Shown: positions 52,530 through 62,430, counted from the stretch's first letter. The stretch is 64,000 nucleotides of DNA from Chamaesiphon sp. (GCA_965246715.1 CBDFFH010000021.1:96001-160000), one strand, 5' to 3'. Made by a program: numbers and translations. The notes: generated by a model from the letters alone, not told the origin.

Positions 52530-53936
52530 GTGGCTGAATCTGTGTTTGAAATGAGAGGCGATCCGCGCTTACTGGTCGATTTACAGCAGGTAAATGCGAT
52601 CGCGCAGAGTTTTAGTGGCTGTCTGGAACCAGCCGAGATCGCGCGGCAAGTTACGGATGGACTAGTTGAAAAATTTGGCTGCGTATTTGCGCGGATTTGG
52701 TTGATGGAACCCGAGCGCACGATGCTCAAACTAGTGGCATCAGCGGGTTTGTATCAACGCACGGATGGCTTTTTTGCCAAAGTGCCAGTGGGAGCGTTTA
52801 AGGTTGGGAAAATTGCCCAAAACCAAATTCCATTTCTGAGCAATCAATTAGCAGCGGAAACCTGGGTGTTGGATCGCGATTGGGCGATCTCGAATGGGAT
52901 TAAGGGTTTTGCGGGCTATCCATTAATCGCGAATGGTGATTCGATCGGGGTATTGGCAGTTTTCAGCCAGACGGAAATGTTGCCCGAATTTCTGGAAATA
53001 TTGCAGAGTTTGTGTACCGCCACAACGATCCGGTTAGCCGCAGCCTTGCGTTATCAGCAACAACGCCAAGCGTGGCAATCGCAGGTTGCGAGTAGTGCCG
53101 ATCGAATCCAGCTATCGGAGCAGCTAGCCAAGATCTTAAGTCAGACTCAATTGATGTCGATCGGTACCGAGCGAGCGCTTTCGACACCGATCCACAACCT
53201 GTTGCTCAGAACGGCTGAAATCTTGAGCCAATTTCCTTGCCTACACAGTCGGTTGAATTATCTCGATCGAGAGCGGCTATCCTTAGAAGTTGTGATTGCT
53301 GGCGATCTGAACGATGCGATCCTCTGTAATGCTTTTAGTGCCGTGAGATTGGAAGCGATGTGTCTGGGTGGCACGCTGGAAATTCAACCACAAGCCGAAC
53401 GGCGAATGTTGCGAGCGAGCTTGATGGTGACATCCATGCCTAATGGTGGTGGACGGGTGAACCTGCGGTGTCGTGATTCGGTTTTGCAAATGGCTTTTGC
53501 TCATTTAATCGAATTGGCAGGATTAGCGGTTGCCCCGATCGTCGATCCAGATTTACCATTACTGACAGACGATCGAGCGCTAGTTACAAGTAATTCAAAT
53601 CTACTCTGGATCGAACTGCATGGAACAGTTCCAGCTCAGGCACGAGGCAAAATAGATTTATCGATCGACCCTAGCAAATTGCGATCGGCGGTTGAAGCAG
53701 TGATGCGGGGGGAAGAGTGGGAGATCGATCGAACGGAGGAGTCTTCACCGTTATCCGATCGAGAGAGGGAGATTATGCAACTTTTAGCGAAGGGTTTACG
53801 CGATCGAGATATTGCCAGTCGGTTGATTGTAAGCGAAAGTACCGTGAAGTTTCACATTAATAATATTCTGGCTAAAGTCAAGGCAAAAACTCGATTTCAA
53901 GCTTTGTATCTGGTGATGATGAAGGGGTCGATTTAG
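52530..53936 (+). CDS. GAF domain + C-terminal LuxR HTH regulator (Sll0782-like)
   Basis: FARIWL...KGFAGYPL GAF; LSDREREIMQLLAKGLRDRDIA..L.VSESTVKFHINNI. Confidence 0.9.
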   Translation: MAESVFEMRGDPRLLVDLQQVNAIAQSFSGCLEPAEIARQVTDGLVEKFGCVFARIWLMEPERTMLKLVASAGLYQRTDGFFAKVPVGAFKVGKIAQNQIPFLSNQLAAETWVLDRDWAISNGIKGFAGYPLIANGDSIGVLAVFSQTEMLPEFLEILQSLCTATTIRLAAALRYQQQRQAWQSQVASSADRIQLSEQLAKILSQTQLMSIGTERALSTPIHNLLLRTAEILSQFPCLHSRLNYLDRERLSLEVVIAGDLNDAILCNAFSAVRLEAMCLGGTLEIQPQAERRMLRASLMVTSMPNGGGRVNLRCRDSVLQMAFAHLIELAGLAVAPIVDPDLPLLTDDRALVTSNSNLLWIELHGTVPAQARGKIDLSIDPSKLRSAVEAVMRGEEWEIDRTEESSPLSDREREIMQLLAKGLRDRDIASRLIVSESTVKFHINNILAKVKAKTRFQALYLVMMKGSI

Positions 53937-54063
53937 TCGATTGTTTTCTGTCTTGTTGAAACTATAGCAGTTCTCATCCTAGTAAAGGGCATTATTAGTG
54001 GTTTTAGTGGCTAGTGACTAGTGGCTAGTGGCTAGTGAATGTACCTCCTTCGATTGGGAACAG

Positions 54064-54199
54064 CTATATCGATTTCGACAGGGGGCAAGGCTCGATCGAG
54101 TCTTAATACCCGATTAACTCCACGATCGATCGACAAATCACTAAAGTTAAAGCTTCAGTAGTCAGAAATACAAAATTAACTTTGTTCCAATTCTAGTGT
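54064..54199 (+). promoter_or_regulatory. NtcA-type promoter with upstream lux-box-like operator (nitH)
   Basis: tatcgatttcgacagg 54067-82; GTA-gtcagaaa-TAC 54158-71; 22 nt; TAGTGT 54194-99. Confidence 0.75.
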
Positions 54200-54215
54200 G
54201 ACTTAATCGTTTCTA

Positions 54216-55508
54216 GTGGATAAGTTTATGAATAATTACTATCCGGTCATTATTGTTGGTGGCGGACAAGCAGGGCTATCGATGAGTTACTGTCTGAAAG
54301 AACGCGGTATCGACCATATCATCTTTGAGAAAAATAGCATCGGGCATGAATGGCGATCGCGCCGCTGGGATACATTTTGTTTGGTGACTCCAAACTGGCA
54401 ATGTCAACTTCCGGGCTATCCCTATCCTGGTAACGATCCTGATGGATTTATGCGCAAAGACGAGATCGTCGAATATCTCGAAGGCTATGCCACGATGTTT
54501 GCGCCACCGATAAAGGAAGGAGTAACTGTCACCAAAGTTTGTCAAATCGAGGCGGGTGGCTTCGCTGTGAGTACGAGTATCGGCGAATATACTAGCGATC
54601 GAGTGGTAATTGCCGTCAGTGGATACCATCTCCCCAAGATTCCTCGGCTGGCGGAGCGGTTGCCGACATCGATACATCAACTGCATTCCTCCCAATACAA
54701 AAATCCTGAATCTTTGCCAGCAGGTGGGGTGTTAGTTGTGGGGACGGGACAGTCTGGCTGTCAGATTGCTGAAGATCTGCATCTAGCGGGGAAACAAGTA
54801 CATTTAGCTGTCGGTGGCGCACCCAGATCGCCGCGTCAATATCGTGGTAAAGATGCAGTTGAATGGCTCGATCGGATGGGTTATTATAATCTGTCGATCG
54901 ACGAACATCCCAAGAAAGAGACGGCGCGGAGTAATACCAATCACTATCTGACTGGACGCGATGGCGGACGGGAGATTGACTTGCGGAAATTTGCGATCGA
55001 GGGGATGAAATTATATGGTCGATTGAAGTCGATTACTCCAGATAAGTTGGAGTTTCAAGCCGATTTACGGCAGAATCTCGATCGAGCTGATGCTGTCTCA
55101 GAAAATATCAAACAAAGTATCGATCGATTTATCGAAAAAGAAGGGATCGCTGCACCCACAGAAGCACCTTATCAACCAGTTTGGCAACCAGAAACAGAGA
55201 TTACCGAATTAGATTATTTTGCGGCAAACATTCAAACGGTAATTTGGTCTACAGGTTTTCAAACTGATTTTAGTTGGGTCGATTTACCAGTTTTTAATGG
55301 TAGTGGCTATCCCCATCACGATCGTGGGGTTACTAGTTTGCGCGGTTGCTATTTCATTGGATTGACGTGGCTATATACCTGGGGTTCTGGTCGATTTTCT
55401 GGTGTCGCTCGCGATGCTAATTATCTCGCCGACCAGATCGGCATGATGCAAAAGGCTGCTTCGACAAGTGCTTGGAGTATTGTAAATGAATTTCTGTTGG
55501 GTTCGTAA
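54216..55508 (+). CDS. nitH: MSMEG_0569-family flavin-dependent oxidoreductase (Nit1C)
   Basis: VGGGQAG, RWDTFCLVTPNWQCQLPG, VGTGQSG, YTWGSGRF. Confidence 0.9.
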   Translation: MDKFMNNYYPVIIVGGGQAGLSMSYCLKERGIDHIIFEKNSIGHEWRSRRWDTFCLVTPNWQCQLPGYPYPGNDPDGFMRKDEIVEYLEGYATMFAPPIKEGVTVTKVCQIEAGGFAVSTSIGEYTSDRVVIAVSGYHLPKIPRLAERLPTSIHQLHSSQYKNPESLPAGGVLVVGTGQSGCQIAEDLHLAGKQVHLAVGGAPRSPRQYRGKDAVEWLDRMGYYNLSIDEHPKKETARSNTNHYLTGRDGGREIDLRKFAIEGMKLYGRLKSITPDKLEFQADLRQNLDRADAVSENIKQSIDRFIEKEGIAAPTEAPYQPVWQPETEITELDYFAANIQTVIWSTGFQTDFSWVDLPVFNGSGYPHHDRGVTSLRGCYFIGLTWLYTWGSGRFSGVARDANYLADQIGMMQKAASTSAWSIVNEFLLGS

Positions 55509-55531
55509 CGGTTGTTACTGCAGAATTAAAA

Positions 55532-55668
55532 ACCTATCGATTTAGACAGGTGGAATAAAGATTGCTGGGCGATTTTTACTCGATCGATCTGGTGACCTAA
55601 TCTAATCATTAGACTTCTGGACTCAGTATTGAGAGATACAAAATTCTCGATCGGGCTGACGATAATCT
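55532..55668 (+). promoter_or_regulatory. NtcA-type promoter with upstream lux-box-like operator (nitB operon)
   Basis: ACCTATCGATTTAGACAGGT 55532-51; GTA-ttgagaga-TAC 55626-39; 23 nt; TAATCT 55663-68. Confidence 0.78.
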
Positions 55669-55704
55669 GTCGTTAATCTTAACAGCTTAAAGGAGCGTGA
55701 TTCG

Positions 55705-56187
55705 ATGCCAGAAGTTACTAAACCCGCCCATCAAACTGGTGATTTCTTTGTTGATTATGAGGAGAAGGTGTTCCCTGATGTGAAAGCCGAACCTGGGGAA
55801 AAAGCGTTGGTAACTTTTCATACTGTAGCGTTTGAAGGCTCGATCGGGTTTGTGAATTTGTTGCAAGCGACGCGGATTCAACGGAAGGGGTTTGAGACTT
55901 CGATTTTGCTGTATGGGCCGGGGGTGACTTTGGGTGTGCAGCGGGGTTTTCCGAAGTTGGGGGATGAGGCGTTTCCGGGGCATCAAAATTTTAATAATCA
56001 GATTACGAAGTTTATGGCTGAGGGTGGGAAGGTTTATGCTTGTCGGTTTGCGTTGCAAGCGTTGTATGGGCATGGGGAGCCGTCGTTGATTCCGGGGATT
56101 CGGCCGATTAGTCCGTTGGATGTGTTGGATATTGTGTTGATGCATCGGAAGGAGGGGGCGTTGATTTTGGACACTTGGACTTTGTAG
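55705..56187 (+). CDS. nitB: MSMEG_0572/Sll0783-family nitrogen starvation protein (Nit1C)
   Basis: [56 protein letters not shown]. Confidence 0.93.
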   Translation: MPEVTKPAHQTGDFFVDYEEKVFPDVKAEPGEKALVTFHTVAFEGSIGFVNLLQATRIQRKGFETSILLYGPGVTLGVQRGFPKLGDEAFPGHQNFNNQITKFMAEGGKVYACRFALQALYGHGEPSLIPGIRPISPLDVLDIVLMHRKEGALILDTWTL

Positions 56188-56207
56188 TTCTTTATTGGTA
56201 GGTATTA

Positions 56208-56351
56208 TGGTGCTTTCCTAGGGATTGCTGGTGGGTGGAACCCGGATCTGGGGGTGCCGACCCCCAGACCCCCCGTTGAGGAGCGGGGTGCCGCCCCTCA
56301 AACTCCCCTGCACAAGGGTCGATCTGTGGGAAGCTTGGCGCGCTTCGCATT
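56208..56351 (-). repeat. 144-bp hairpin repeat, intact copy
   Basis: Reverse complement colinear with 57679-57822; two GC-rich hairpins. Confidence 0.9.
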
Positions 56352-56420
56352 GGTGCGTTCTGTCAATTGTTGGCAGGAGATCGCAATTAAATGACTTTGT
56401 TTGAGATCTGAATTGCTCTT

Positions 56421-56450
56421 AGTCCCCCCATTTAAGGGGTTGGGGGATTC
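56421..56450 (+). repeat. Short C-run/G-run REP-like repeat
   Basis: agtccccccatttaaggggttgggggattc. Confidence 0.5.
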
Positions 56451-56555
56451 CAACTTCAAAGGCAGTAATTCGATCTCGATCGATTCATCACAAAACTCGA
56501 TCGATTTTAATTGGTAATTAGTTTGGGTTTAGAGATTTATGTGAGGTAAAGACTT

Positions 56556-57560
56556 GTGGATGATGGGCGGAAGGTGCGGGCGGCGGCGGTGCAGATTAGT
56601 CCGGTGTTATTTAGTCGAGAGGGGACGACTGAAAAGGTGTTGAAGGCGATCGCTGATGCGGCTCTAGAGGGGGCGGAATTGGTGGTTTTTCCGGAGACAT
56701 TTATTCCTTACTATCCTTACTTCTCATTCATTCAGCCGCCCGTGTTGATGGGTAAAGAGCATATGCGGCTGTATGAGGAAGCGGTGGAAGTGCCTAGTGC
56801 GGTTACGGAGGCTGTGAGTGAGGCTGCTCGATCGCATCAGATCGTCGTCGTGTTGGGGATTAACGAACGCGATCGGGGTTCGATTTACAACACCCAATTG
56901 ATTTTCGATGCCGATGGGACACTCCTCCTCAAGCGACGCAAAATCACGCCTACCTTCCACGAGCGGATGGTGTGGGGACAAGGTGATGGAGCGGGATTGA
57001 AAGTAGTGGATACAGCCGTCGGCAAACTGGGTGCCCTAGCCTGTTGGGAGCATTACAATCCCCTCGCGCGGTTTGCACTGATGGCGCAGCACGAACAAAT
57101 TCACTGCGGCCAATTCCCCGGATCGATGGTCGGTCAAATCTTCGCCGACCAAATCGAAGTTACCATCCGCCATCATGCCCTCGAAGCAGGTTGTTTTGTC
57201 GTCAACGCCACAGGTTGGCTCTTACCCGAACAGGTGAGTCAAATTACCCCCGATGAAAAACTCCAAAAAGTTCTCAGCGGTGGCTGCCACACCGCCATTA
57301 TCAGCCCTGAAGGAAGTCATCTGTGTCCGCCAATTACCGAAGGCGAAGGCATCGCGATCGCCGATCTAGATTTCTCCCTCATCACCAAACGCAAACGAAT
57401 GATGGATTGCGTCGGACACTACTCCCGCCCCGATCTCCTGCAATTGCAATTGAATCCTCGTCAGTGGGAAGTGATGCAAAATCTCGCGATCGTACCCAAT
57501 CTCGCACCAAATCCCGACCCACCCCGCCCTATCGGGCACCCCTCCGAGGAGGGGAATTGA
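56556..57560 (+). CDS. nitC: Nit6803-family nitrilase (Nit1C)
   Basis: Catalytic FPE, RRKITPT, LACWEH; C-terminal tail runs through a REP-like repeat (57515-57558). Confidence 0.95.
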   Translation: MDDGRKVRAAAVQISPVLFSREGTTEKVLKAIADAALEGAELVVFPETFIPYYPYFSFIQPPVLMGKEHMRLYEEAVEVPSAVTEAVSEAARSHQIVVVLGINERDRGSIYNTQLIFDADGTLLLKRRKITPTFHERMVWGQGDGAGLKVVDTAVGKLGALACWEHYNPLARFALMAQHEQIHCGQFPGSMVGQIFADQIEVTIRHHALEAGCFVVNATGWLLPEQVSQITPDEKLQKVLSGGCHTAIISPEGSHLCPPITEGEGIAIADLDFSLITKRKRMMDCVGHYSRPDLLQLQLNPRQWEVMQNLAIVPNLAPNPDPPRPIGHPSEEGN

Positions 57561-57576
57561 GAGTGAGTTCGATCGA

Positions 57577-57604
57577 TTTTGGATTTTGGATTTTGGATTT
57601 TGGA
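57577..57604. repeat. TTTTGGA heptamer tandem repeat
   Basis: About 4 copies; related runs near 15475-15505 (inverse) and 48367-48382. Confidence 0.8.
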
Positions 57605-57678
57605 TCGTTGCTATCCTTTCAGGACTGAAGCTGTAAAGTCAAATCGCAACACCCTACCAGCAACCAACTGGACACACT

Positions 57679-57822
57679 AATGCGAAGCGCGCCCCGCTGC
57701 CCACAAACCAACCCTTGTGCAGGGGAGTTTGAGGGGCGGCACTCCGCTCCTCAACGGGGGGTCTGGGGGAAGCCTCCCCCAGATCCGGGTTCTACCCACC
57801 AACAATTAACAGGAAAGCACCA
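57679..57822 (+). repeat. 144-bp hairpin repeat, intact copy
   Basis: aatgcgaagcgc...ttgaggggcggcactccgctcctcaa...ggtctggggg/cccccagatcc...aggaaagcacca. Confidence 0.9.
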
Positions 57823-57873
57823 GTCGAAATTCCACCCCACCAGCAACCTAAAACCAAGCACCAATCCGAACAC

Positions 57874-58941
57874 ATGAACAAAAAACAACTAATCACCGAA
57901 CTCCAATCCAAAGGATTAAAACTAATCGAAACCACCGGAGTATCCGGCAGAAAAGGCGGCGCAGGCCCCTCCGACCACAAAGCCATCACCCTCGACGGCA
58001 CCACCATCATGGTACCCATCTACACCGAAACCGCCACCCACTCCCCCTACACCGCCACCCCCACCACCCTCAAACTCCCCAACAACCACACCATCCCGAT
58101 CGAATTCCCCACCACCCCCAACTTCTACCACCTCAGCACCGCCGACGGCATCCCCTACTGGAAAATCGCCCTCCTTCACAGCCACGACGTACTCGCCACC
58201 ACCGTCCAGCAAACCTGTATGCGCTACCGCAACCCCGACACAGTTTGCCAATTTTGCGCGATCGAACAATCCCTCACCGCCGATCGCACCATCGCCCGTA
58301 AAACCCCCGCTCAACTTGCCGAAGTCGCCGCCGCAGCAGTCAACCTCGACGGCATCAAACACATGGTCATGACCAGCGGTACCCCCAATACCAGCGATCG
58401 CGGTGCCGCCTACCTCGCTGAATGCGCCCAAGCCATCAAACAACGAGTCGATCTCCCCATCCAAGCCCAATGCGAACCTCCCGATGACTTTAGCTGGTTC
58501 CAGAAACTCAAAGATGCTGGCGTAGACAGCCTCGGAATGCACCTCGAAGCCATTACCCCCGCCGTCCGCGCCAACATCATGCCCGGAAAAGCCGACGTAC
58601 CTGTCGAGTATTACTTCCAAGCCTTTGTCGCCGCCGTCGAAGTCTTTGGACGGGGACAAGTCAGCACCTATCTCCTCGCTGGATTGGGCGACACCTTAGA
58701 AGCCTTGGTGGCAGGTTGCGATCGATTAATCCAAATTGGCGTTTATCCCTTTGTCGTACCCTTCGTCCCAATTACTGGAACTCCATTAGAGCATCATCCA
58801 GCACCGAGCAGTGAGTTTATGTATGACCTCTATCAACAAGTTGGCGCATTGCTCGCGCGATCGAAGATGTCATCTAAAGACATCAAGGCTGGCTGTGGCA
58901 AATGTGGCGCTTGTTCCGCTCTATCTAATTTTGAAGATTGA
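57874..58941 (+). CDS. nitD: MSMEG_0568-family radical SAM protein (Nit1C)
   Basis: RKGGAGPSDHKA; Cx9Cx2C (CMRYRNPDTVCQFC); C-terminal CGKCGAC. Confidence 0.93.
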   Translation: MNKKQLITELQSKGLKLIETTGVSGRKGGAGPSDHKAITLDGTTIMVPIYTETATHSPYTATPTTLKLPNNHTIPIEFPTTPNFYHLSTADGIPYWKIALLHSHDVLATTVQQTCMRYRNPDTVCQFCAIEQSLTADRTIARKTPAQLAEVAAAAVNLDGIKHMVMTSGTPNTSDRGAAYLAECAQAIKQRVDLPIQAQCEPPDDFSWFQKLKDAGVDSLGMHLEAITPAVRANIMPGKADVPVEYYFQAFVAAVEVFGRGQVSTYLLAGLGDTLEALVAGCDRLIQIGVYPFVVPFVPITGTPLEHHPAPSSEFMYDLYQQVGALLARSKMSSKDIKAGCGKCGACSALSNFED

Positions 58942-58968
58942 TAAACTCTATTTAATATCCAGCCAAGC

Positions 58969-59475
58969 ATGTCCGACTATCTATTTAAACTAGCCAAAAC
59001 TCAACCGGAAATATCTGCATATTTCGATCTTCGTCACAAAATATTTGTTGAAGAACAGGGTGTGTTTAAAGGAAATGATGTTGACTCGATCGATGAAATT
59101 TCTCATCCCATTATTGCCGTCGAACCTGATGCGACAGCTCTCGAAGTTCTGGGTGTCGTCCGCATATATGAAGCCGAACCGAGACTGTGGTATGGCGGTA
59201 GATTGGGTACTCATCCCGATCGCCGCAAAGGTTGGCAAATCGGTAAAGGATTGATTTATAAGGCAGTCACTACCGCGAACACTTGGGGCTGCGATCGATT
59301 CCTCGCTACCGTCCAAATCCAAAATGTCCGCTTCTTCCAACGCTTACATTGGGACTCGATCGAAGAAATCGAAATCCACGATATCGCTCATCATCTCATG
59401 CAAGCAGATTTAAACTATTACCCAGCAGGTAATGAGATTCGACCGAGATTGTTAGAATATGGTCGAGCATCTTGA
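58969..59475 (+). CDS. nitE: MSMEG_0567/Sll0786-family GNAT protein (Nit1C)
   Basis: IFVEEQG, VVRIYE..WYGGRLG, FLATVQIQNVRFF..LHW. Confidence 0.9.
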   Translation: MSDYLFKLAKTQPEISAYFDLRHKIFVEEQGVFKGNDVDSIDEISHPIIAVEPDATALEVLGVVRIYEAEPRLWYGGRLGTHPDRRKGWQIGKGLIYKAVTTANTWGCDRFLATVQIQNVRFFQRLHWDSIEEIEIHDIAHHLMQADLNYYPAGNEIRPRLLEYGRAS

Positions 59476-59575
59476 CTCGATTGTAGTCCGAATCTAAATT
59501 GGCAAAGGAATAGAGATTTATTATTAAGCTAATTAAAAAACTTGCAAAAACTAAGCGCTCTGCAACCGCAGTATT

Positions 59576-60223
59576 TTAATAGCTTATTTCGATTAACATT
59601 GCATTTCCGTGCCTCACAGCATATTGATAGTATTTAACCATCTCTCTATAGTAATCTGTTAACCAATCTTCTATATCTTCTGGATCTTCCCAGTCAAACC
59701 AATCATCAAATCCATCTAAATCAGATACTCTATGACAACGAGATCGAAAACCTGATTCTGATATCCATATCAGACCATCTAAAATTTTACCAACTTCTTC
59801 AGGCGTTTGGTACCAACAACAATCTTCTTCTTGCCCAATCCCCATACCCACATTAATTGCATTGACTAATGGCAAACCATCCCACTCTGACTCCTCGATA
59901 ATAAGGAAATTCATATAACGATCTTTTTGCATCAAATCCTGGCGAGATTGTAGCTCTGGGAGTGCTAAATGTCTTTCAGAATAATCTTCAAGATATCCAC
60001 CCAGTAAGTAGGTCATCTCTGGATAATATTTGTGCAAATCTAGATCTGGAGTTTCCCATTCATCAATAAATCGATCGACATAAGTAGACACAACGAATGA
60101 TGAGTTCACTGCCGATTTAGTCAGATATTGAGAATCATAGAATAACCTTACCTGTTTTGGCTCTTGCTTTAAAATTTCCAGCATAGATGCTGAAATCATT
60201 TTTAGATGAAGAGTGACTCCCAT
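59576..60223 (-). CDS. YfbM/DUF1877-like acidic protein
   Basis: LDLHKYY..MTYLL; YQTPEEV..I...L; C-terminal Y..M.KYY..A...GNAMLI. Confidence 0.65.
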   Translation of the reverse strand: MGVTLHLKMISASMLEILKQEPKQVRLFYDSQYLTKSAVNSSFVVSTYVDRFIDEWETPDLDLHKYYPEMTYLLGGYLEDYSERHLALPELQSRQDLMQKDRYMNFLIIEESEWDGLPLVNAINVGMGIGQEEDCCWYQTPEEVGKILDGLIWISESGFRSRCHRVSDLDGFDDWFDWEDPEDIEDWLTDYYREMVKYYQYAVRHGNAMLIEISY

Positions 60224-60314
60224 ATCATTAATAGATCGTTGACAACTTTAACTAGAGTACCCAATATATGGATTTGAATTCAAACATTTTTTAAATTGGG
60301 AATTAACGATCGAT

Positions 60315-61271
60315 ATGGAACTCAATTTATTAGCCCAAACTCTCAAAAAATCGCTAGGTATAACTCACAAACAAGATATTCAAATCATCGCCCGATTCCT
60401 CACCGAGGCAAATCCCACCACTAAAATCCTACTGGGCGATGATTGTGCGGCGATTCCCGATGGTGACAGCTATCTCCTCCTCGCTGCCGAAGGTATGATG
60501 CCGTTTTTGGTCGAGTCCGATCCGTGGTTTGCTGGCTGGAGTGCCGTCATGGTTAATGTTAGCGATATCTATGCAATGGGTGGTAGACCGATCGCGGTTG
60601 TCGATACACTGTGGAGCAATAACCCAGAGATCTCGCAGCAACTTTTAGCGGGAATGAATGCCGCAGCCCAGGCATATCGAGTCCCGATCGTCGGCGGACA
60701 CACCAATGGACATAGCGAATATCACGCCCTCGCTGTTGCCATTCTGGGACGCGCTCAGCGGCTGATTTCCAGCTTCGATGCCCAACCTGGCGATCGATTG
60801 ATTGCCGCGATCGATTTACGTGGACGACAACACCCCAAATATCCTTTCTGGAATGCCGCTACGATAACAGATCCCTCGCGCCTCAGAGCCGACCTCGAAC
60901 TGTTGCCAGAATTAGCTGAAAATGGTCTGTGCGATGCGGGAAAGGATATCAGCATGGGAGGAATCATTGGCACCACTTTGATGTTATTAGAAACCTGTGG
61001 TTGTGGGGCGGTATTAAATCTCGATCGCGTGCCAATCCCGCCAGATATTCCACTCGATCGCTGGTTGGTGAGTTTTCCGAGTTATGGCTTTTTATTAAGC
61101 GTTCGCCCACAGAGAGTAACTAAGGTGATGCAGCTGTTTCTCGATCGACAAATTACCTGTGCAGACATCGGTGAAATTCAAGACCATTCTCAACTTATTC
61201 TCCAATCCGAAGGAGAATCGACAATATTTTGGGATTTCACACAGGAGCAGTTAACCGGATTTTCCTGCTGA
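60315..61271 (+). CDS. nitF: Sll0787-family AIR synthase/SelD-like protein (Nit1C)
   Basis: GDDCAAIPDG, VNVSDIYAMGG, IVGGHTN, KDISMGG. Confidence 0.92.
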   Translation: MELNLLAQTLKKSLGITHKQDIQIIARFLTEANPTTKILLGDDCAAIPDGDSYLLLAAEGMMPFLVESDPWFAGWSAVMVNVSDIYAMGGRPIAVVDTLWSNNPEISQQLLAGMNAAAQAYRVPIVGGHTNGHSEYHALAVAILGRAQRLISSFDAQPGDRLIAAIDLRGRQHPKYPFWNAATITDPSRLRADLELLPELAENGLCDAGKDISMGGIIGTTLMLLETCGCGAVLNLDRVPIPPDIPLDRWLVSFPSYGFLLSVRPQRVTKVMQLFLDRQITCADIGEIQDHSQLILQSEGESTIFWDFTQEQLTGFSC

Positions 61272-61275
61272 TAAT

Positions 61276-62430
61276 ATGATTCTACCCTTGCGAATCGCTC
61301 TATTCGTTTATTCCACCCAACCTAGAGGTGGAGTCGTCCACACCTTAGAATTAGCTGAAGCGCTCCATAAACTCGGTCATCAGGTTAGTGTCTATGCCCT
61401 AGCTAAAGACGGCAAAGGTTTCGGGCAGGAGGTTAGCGTGGAAACTCATCTCATTCCCGCTGAGCCAGTCAATGGCGATATTGACACCCTCATTCGCCAA
61501 CGCATTCAAGAATTTGTCGATTATTTGAACGATGCACACCTTCCGGCTCATTCGTACGATTGTTATCACGCCCAAGATTGTATCAGTGCTAATGCGTTGG
61601 CGAGCCTCCGATCGCGTCATCAAATCCCCCATTTCATCCGCACTGTTCATCACATTGAAGCATTCAACAGTCCATATTTACAAACCTGTCAAGACCGATC
61701 GATTCGCGAACCGGATTTATGTTTGTGTGTGAGCGAATATTGGCAACAACAGCTACAGCAAGACTATCGCATCGATGCTAAAAGAGTAATAAATGGAGTT
61801 AATCTCGATCGCTTTTCTTCAATTCCAAACGCTACCGAATCACAATTAAAACAAACGCTAGAACTAAATGGTAATCCAATTTATCTAACCGTCGGTGGCA
61901 TCGAACCTCGGAAGAACTCGATCGCGTTACTGCAAGCTTTCGCTCGTGTTTTACAAAAGTTTCCCCCAGCACAACTCGTCATCGCTGGCGGAGCTACCCT
62001 CTTCGATTATCAATCCTATCGCACCGAATTTTTAGAGATCGCCGATCGATTAAAGATCGTCATCGGACAGGCACTAATTTTGCCGGGAGTCCTCTCTAAT
62101 AGCGAATTATCCACCCTCTACCATACTGCTGATGCATTTGTTTTTCCATCCATCACTGAAGGCTGGGGAATGGTAATTTTGGAAGCAATCGCTGCTGGAT
62201 TGCCTGTGATTACTTCCGATCGTTCACCCTTTACTGAATTTCTCACCCCCCAACAAGCCCTACTTGTCGATCCTCGATCGATCGAAGATATCGCCCAAGC
62301 AATGATTGATATTACTCAACCAGATCTTGCCCACAGTCTCATCCACAACAGCCGATCGATTTGTACCGATTACAGTTGGGAAACGTCTGCTAAAATGCAC
62401 CTTAATTATTATCGATCGGCAATCGTCTAA
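61276..62430 (+). CDS. MSMEG_0565-family glycosyltransferase (GT4)
   Basis: PRGGVVHTLEL, HAQDCI, VGGIEPRKN, EGWGMVILEA. Confidence 0.92.
   Translation: MILPLRIALFVYSTQPRGGVVHTLELAEALHKLGHQVSVYALAKDGKGFGQEVSVETHLIPAEPVNGDIDTLIRQRIQEFVDYLNDAHLPAHSYDCYHAQDCISANALASLRSRHQIPHFIRTVHHIEAFNSPYLQTCQDRSIREPDLCLCVSEYWQQQLQQDYRIDAKRVINGVNLDRFSSIPNATESQLKQTLELNGNPIYLTVGGIEPRKNSIALLQAFARVLQKFPPAQLVIAGGATLFDYQSYRTEFLEIADRLKIVIGQALILPGVLSNSELSTLYHTADAFVFPSITEGWGMVILEAIAAGLPVITSDRSPFTEFLTPQQALLVDPRSIEDIAQAMIDITQPDLAHSLIHNSRSICTDYSWETSAKMHLNYYRSAIV

Noticed and set aside
55687..56145. 152-aa antisense ORF over nitB
   Set aside because: Shadow ORF favoured by the G/T skew; nitB is a clear family member.
57922..58659. 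245-aa Gly/Val-rich antisense ORF
   Set aside because: By-product of the A/C third-position skew in nitD, which removes antisense stop codons; no recognisable domain.
55705..58700. Diversity-generating retroelement as cause of the skew
   Set aside because: No reverse transcriptase and no TR/VR pair in the window; the bias affects both G/A and T/C and is mostly synonymous.
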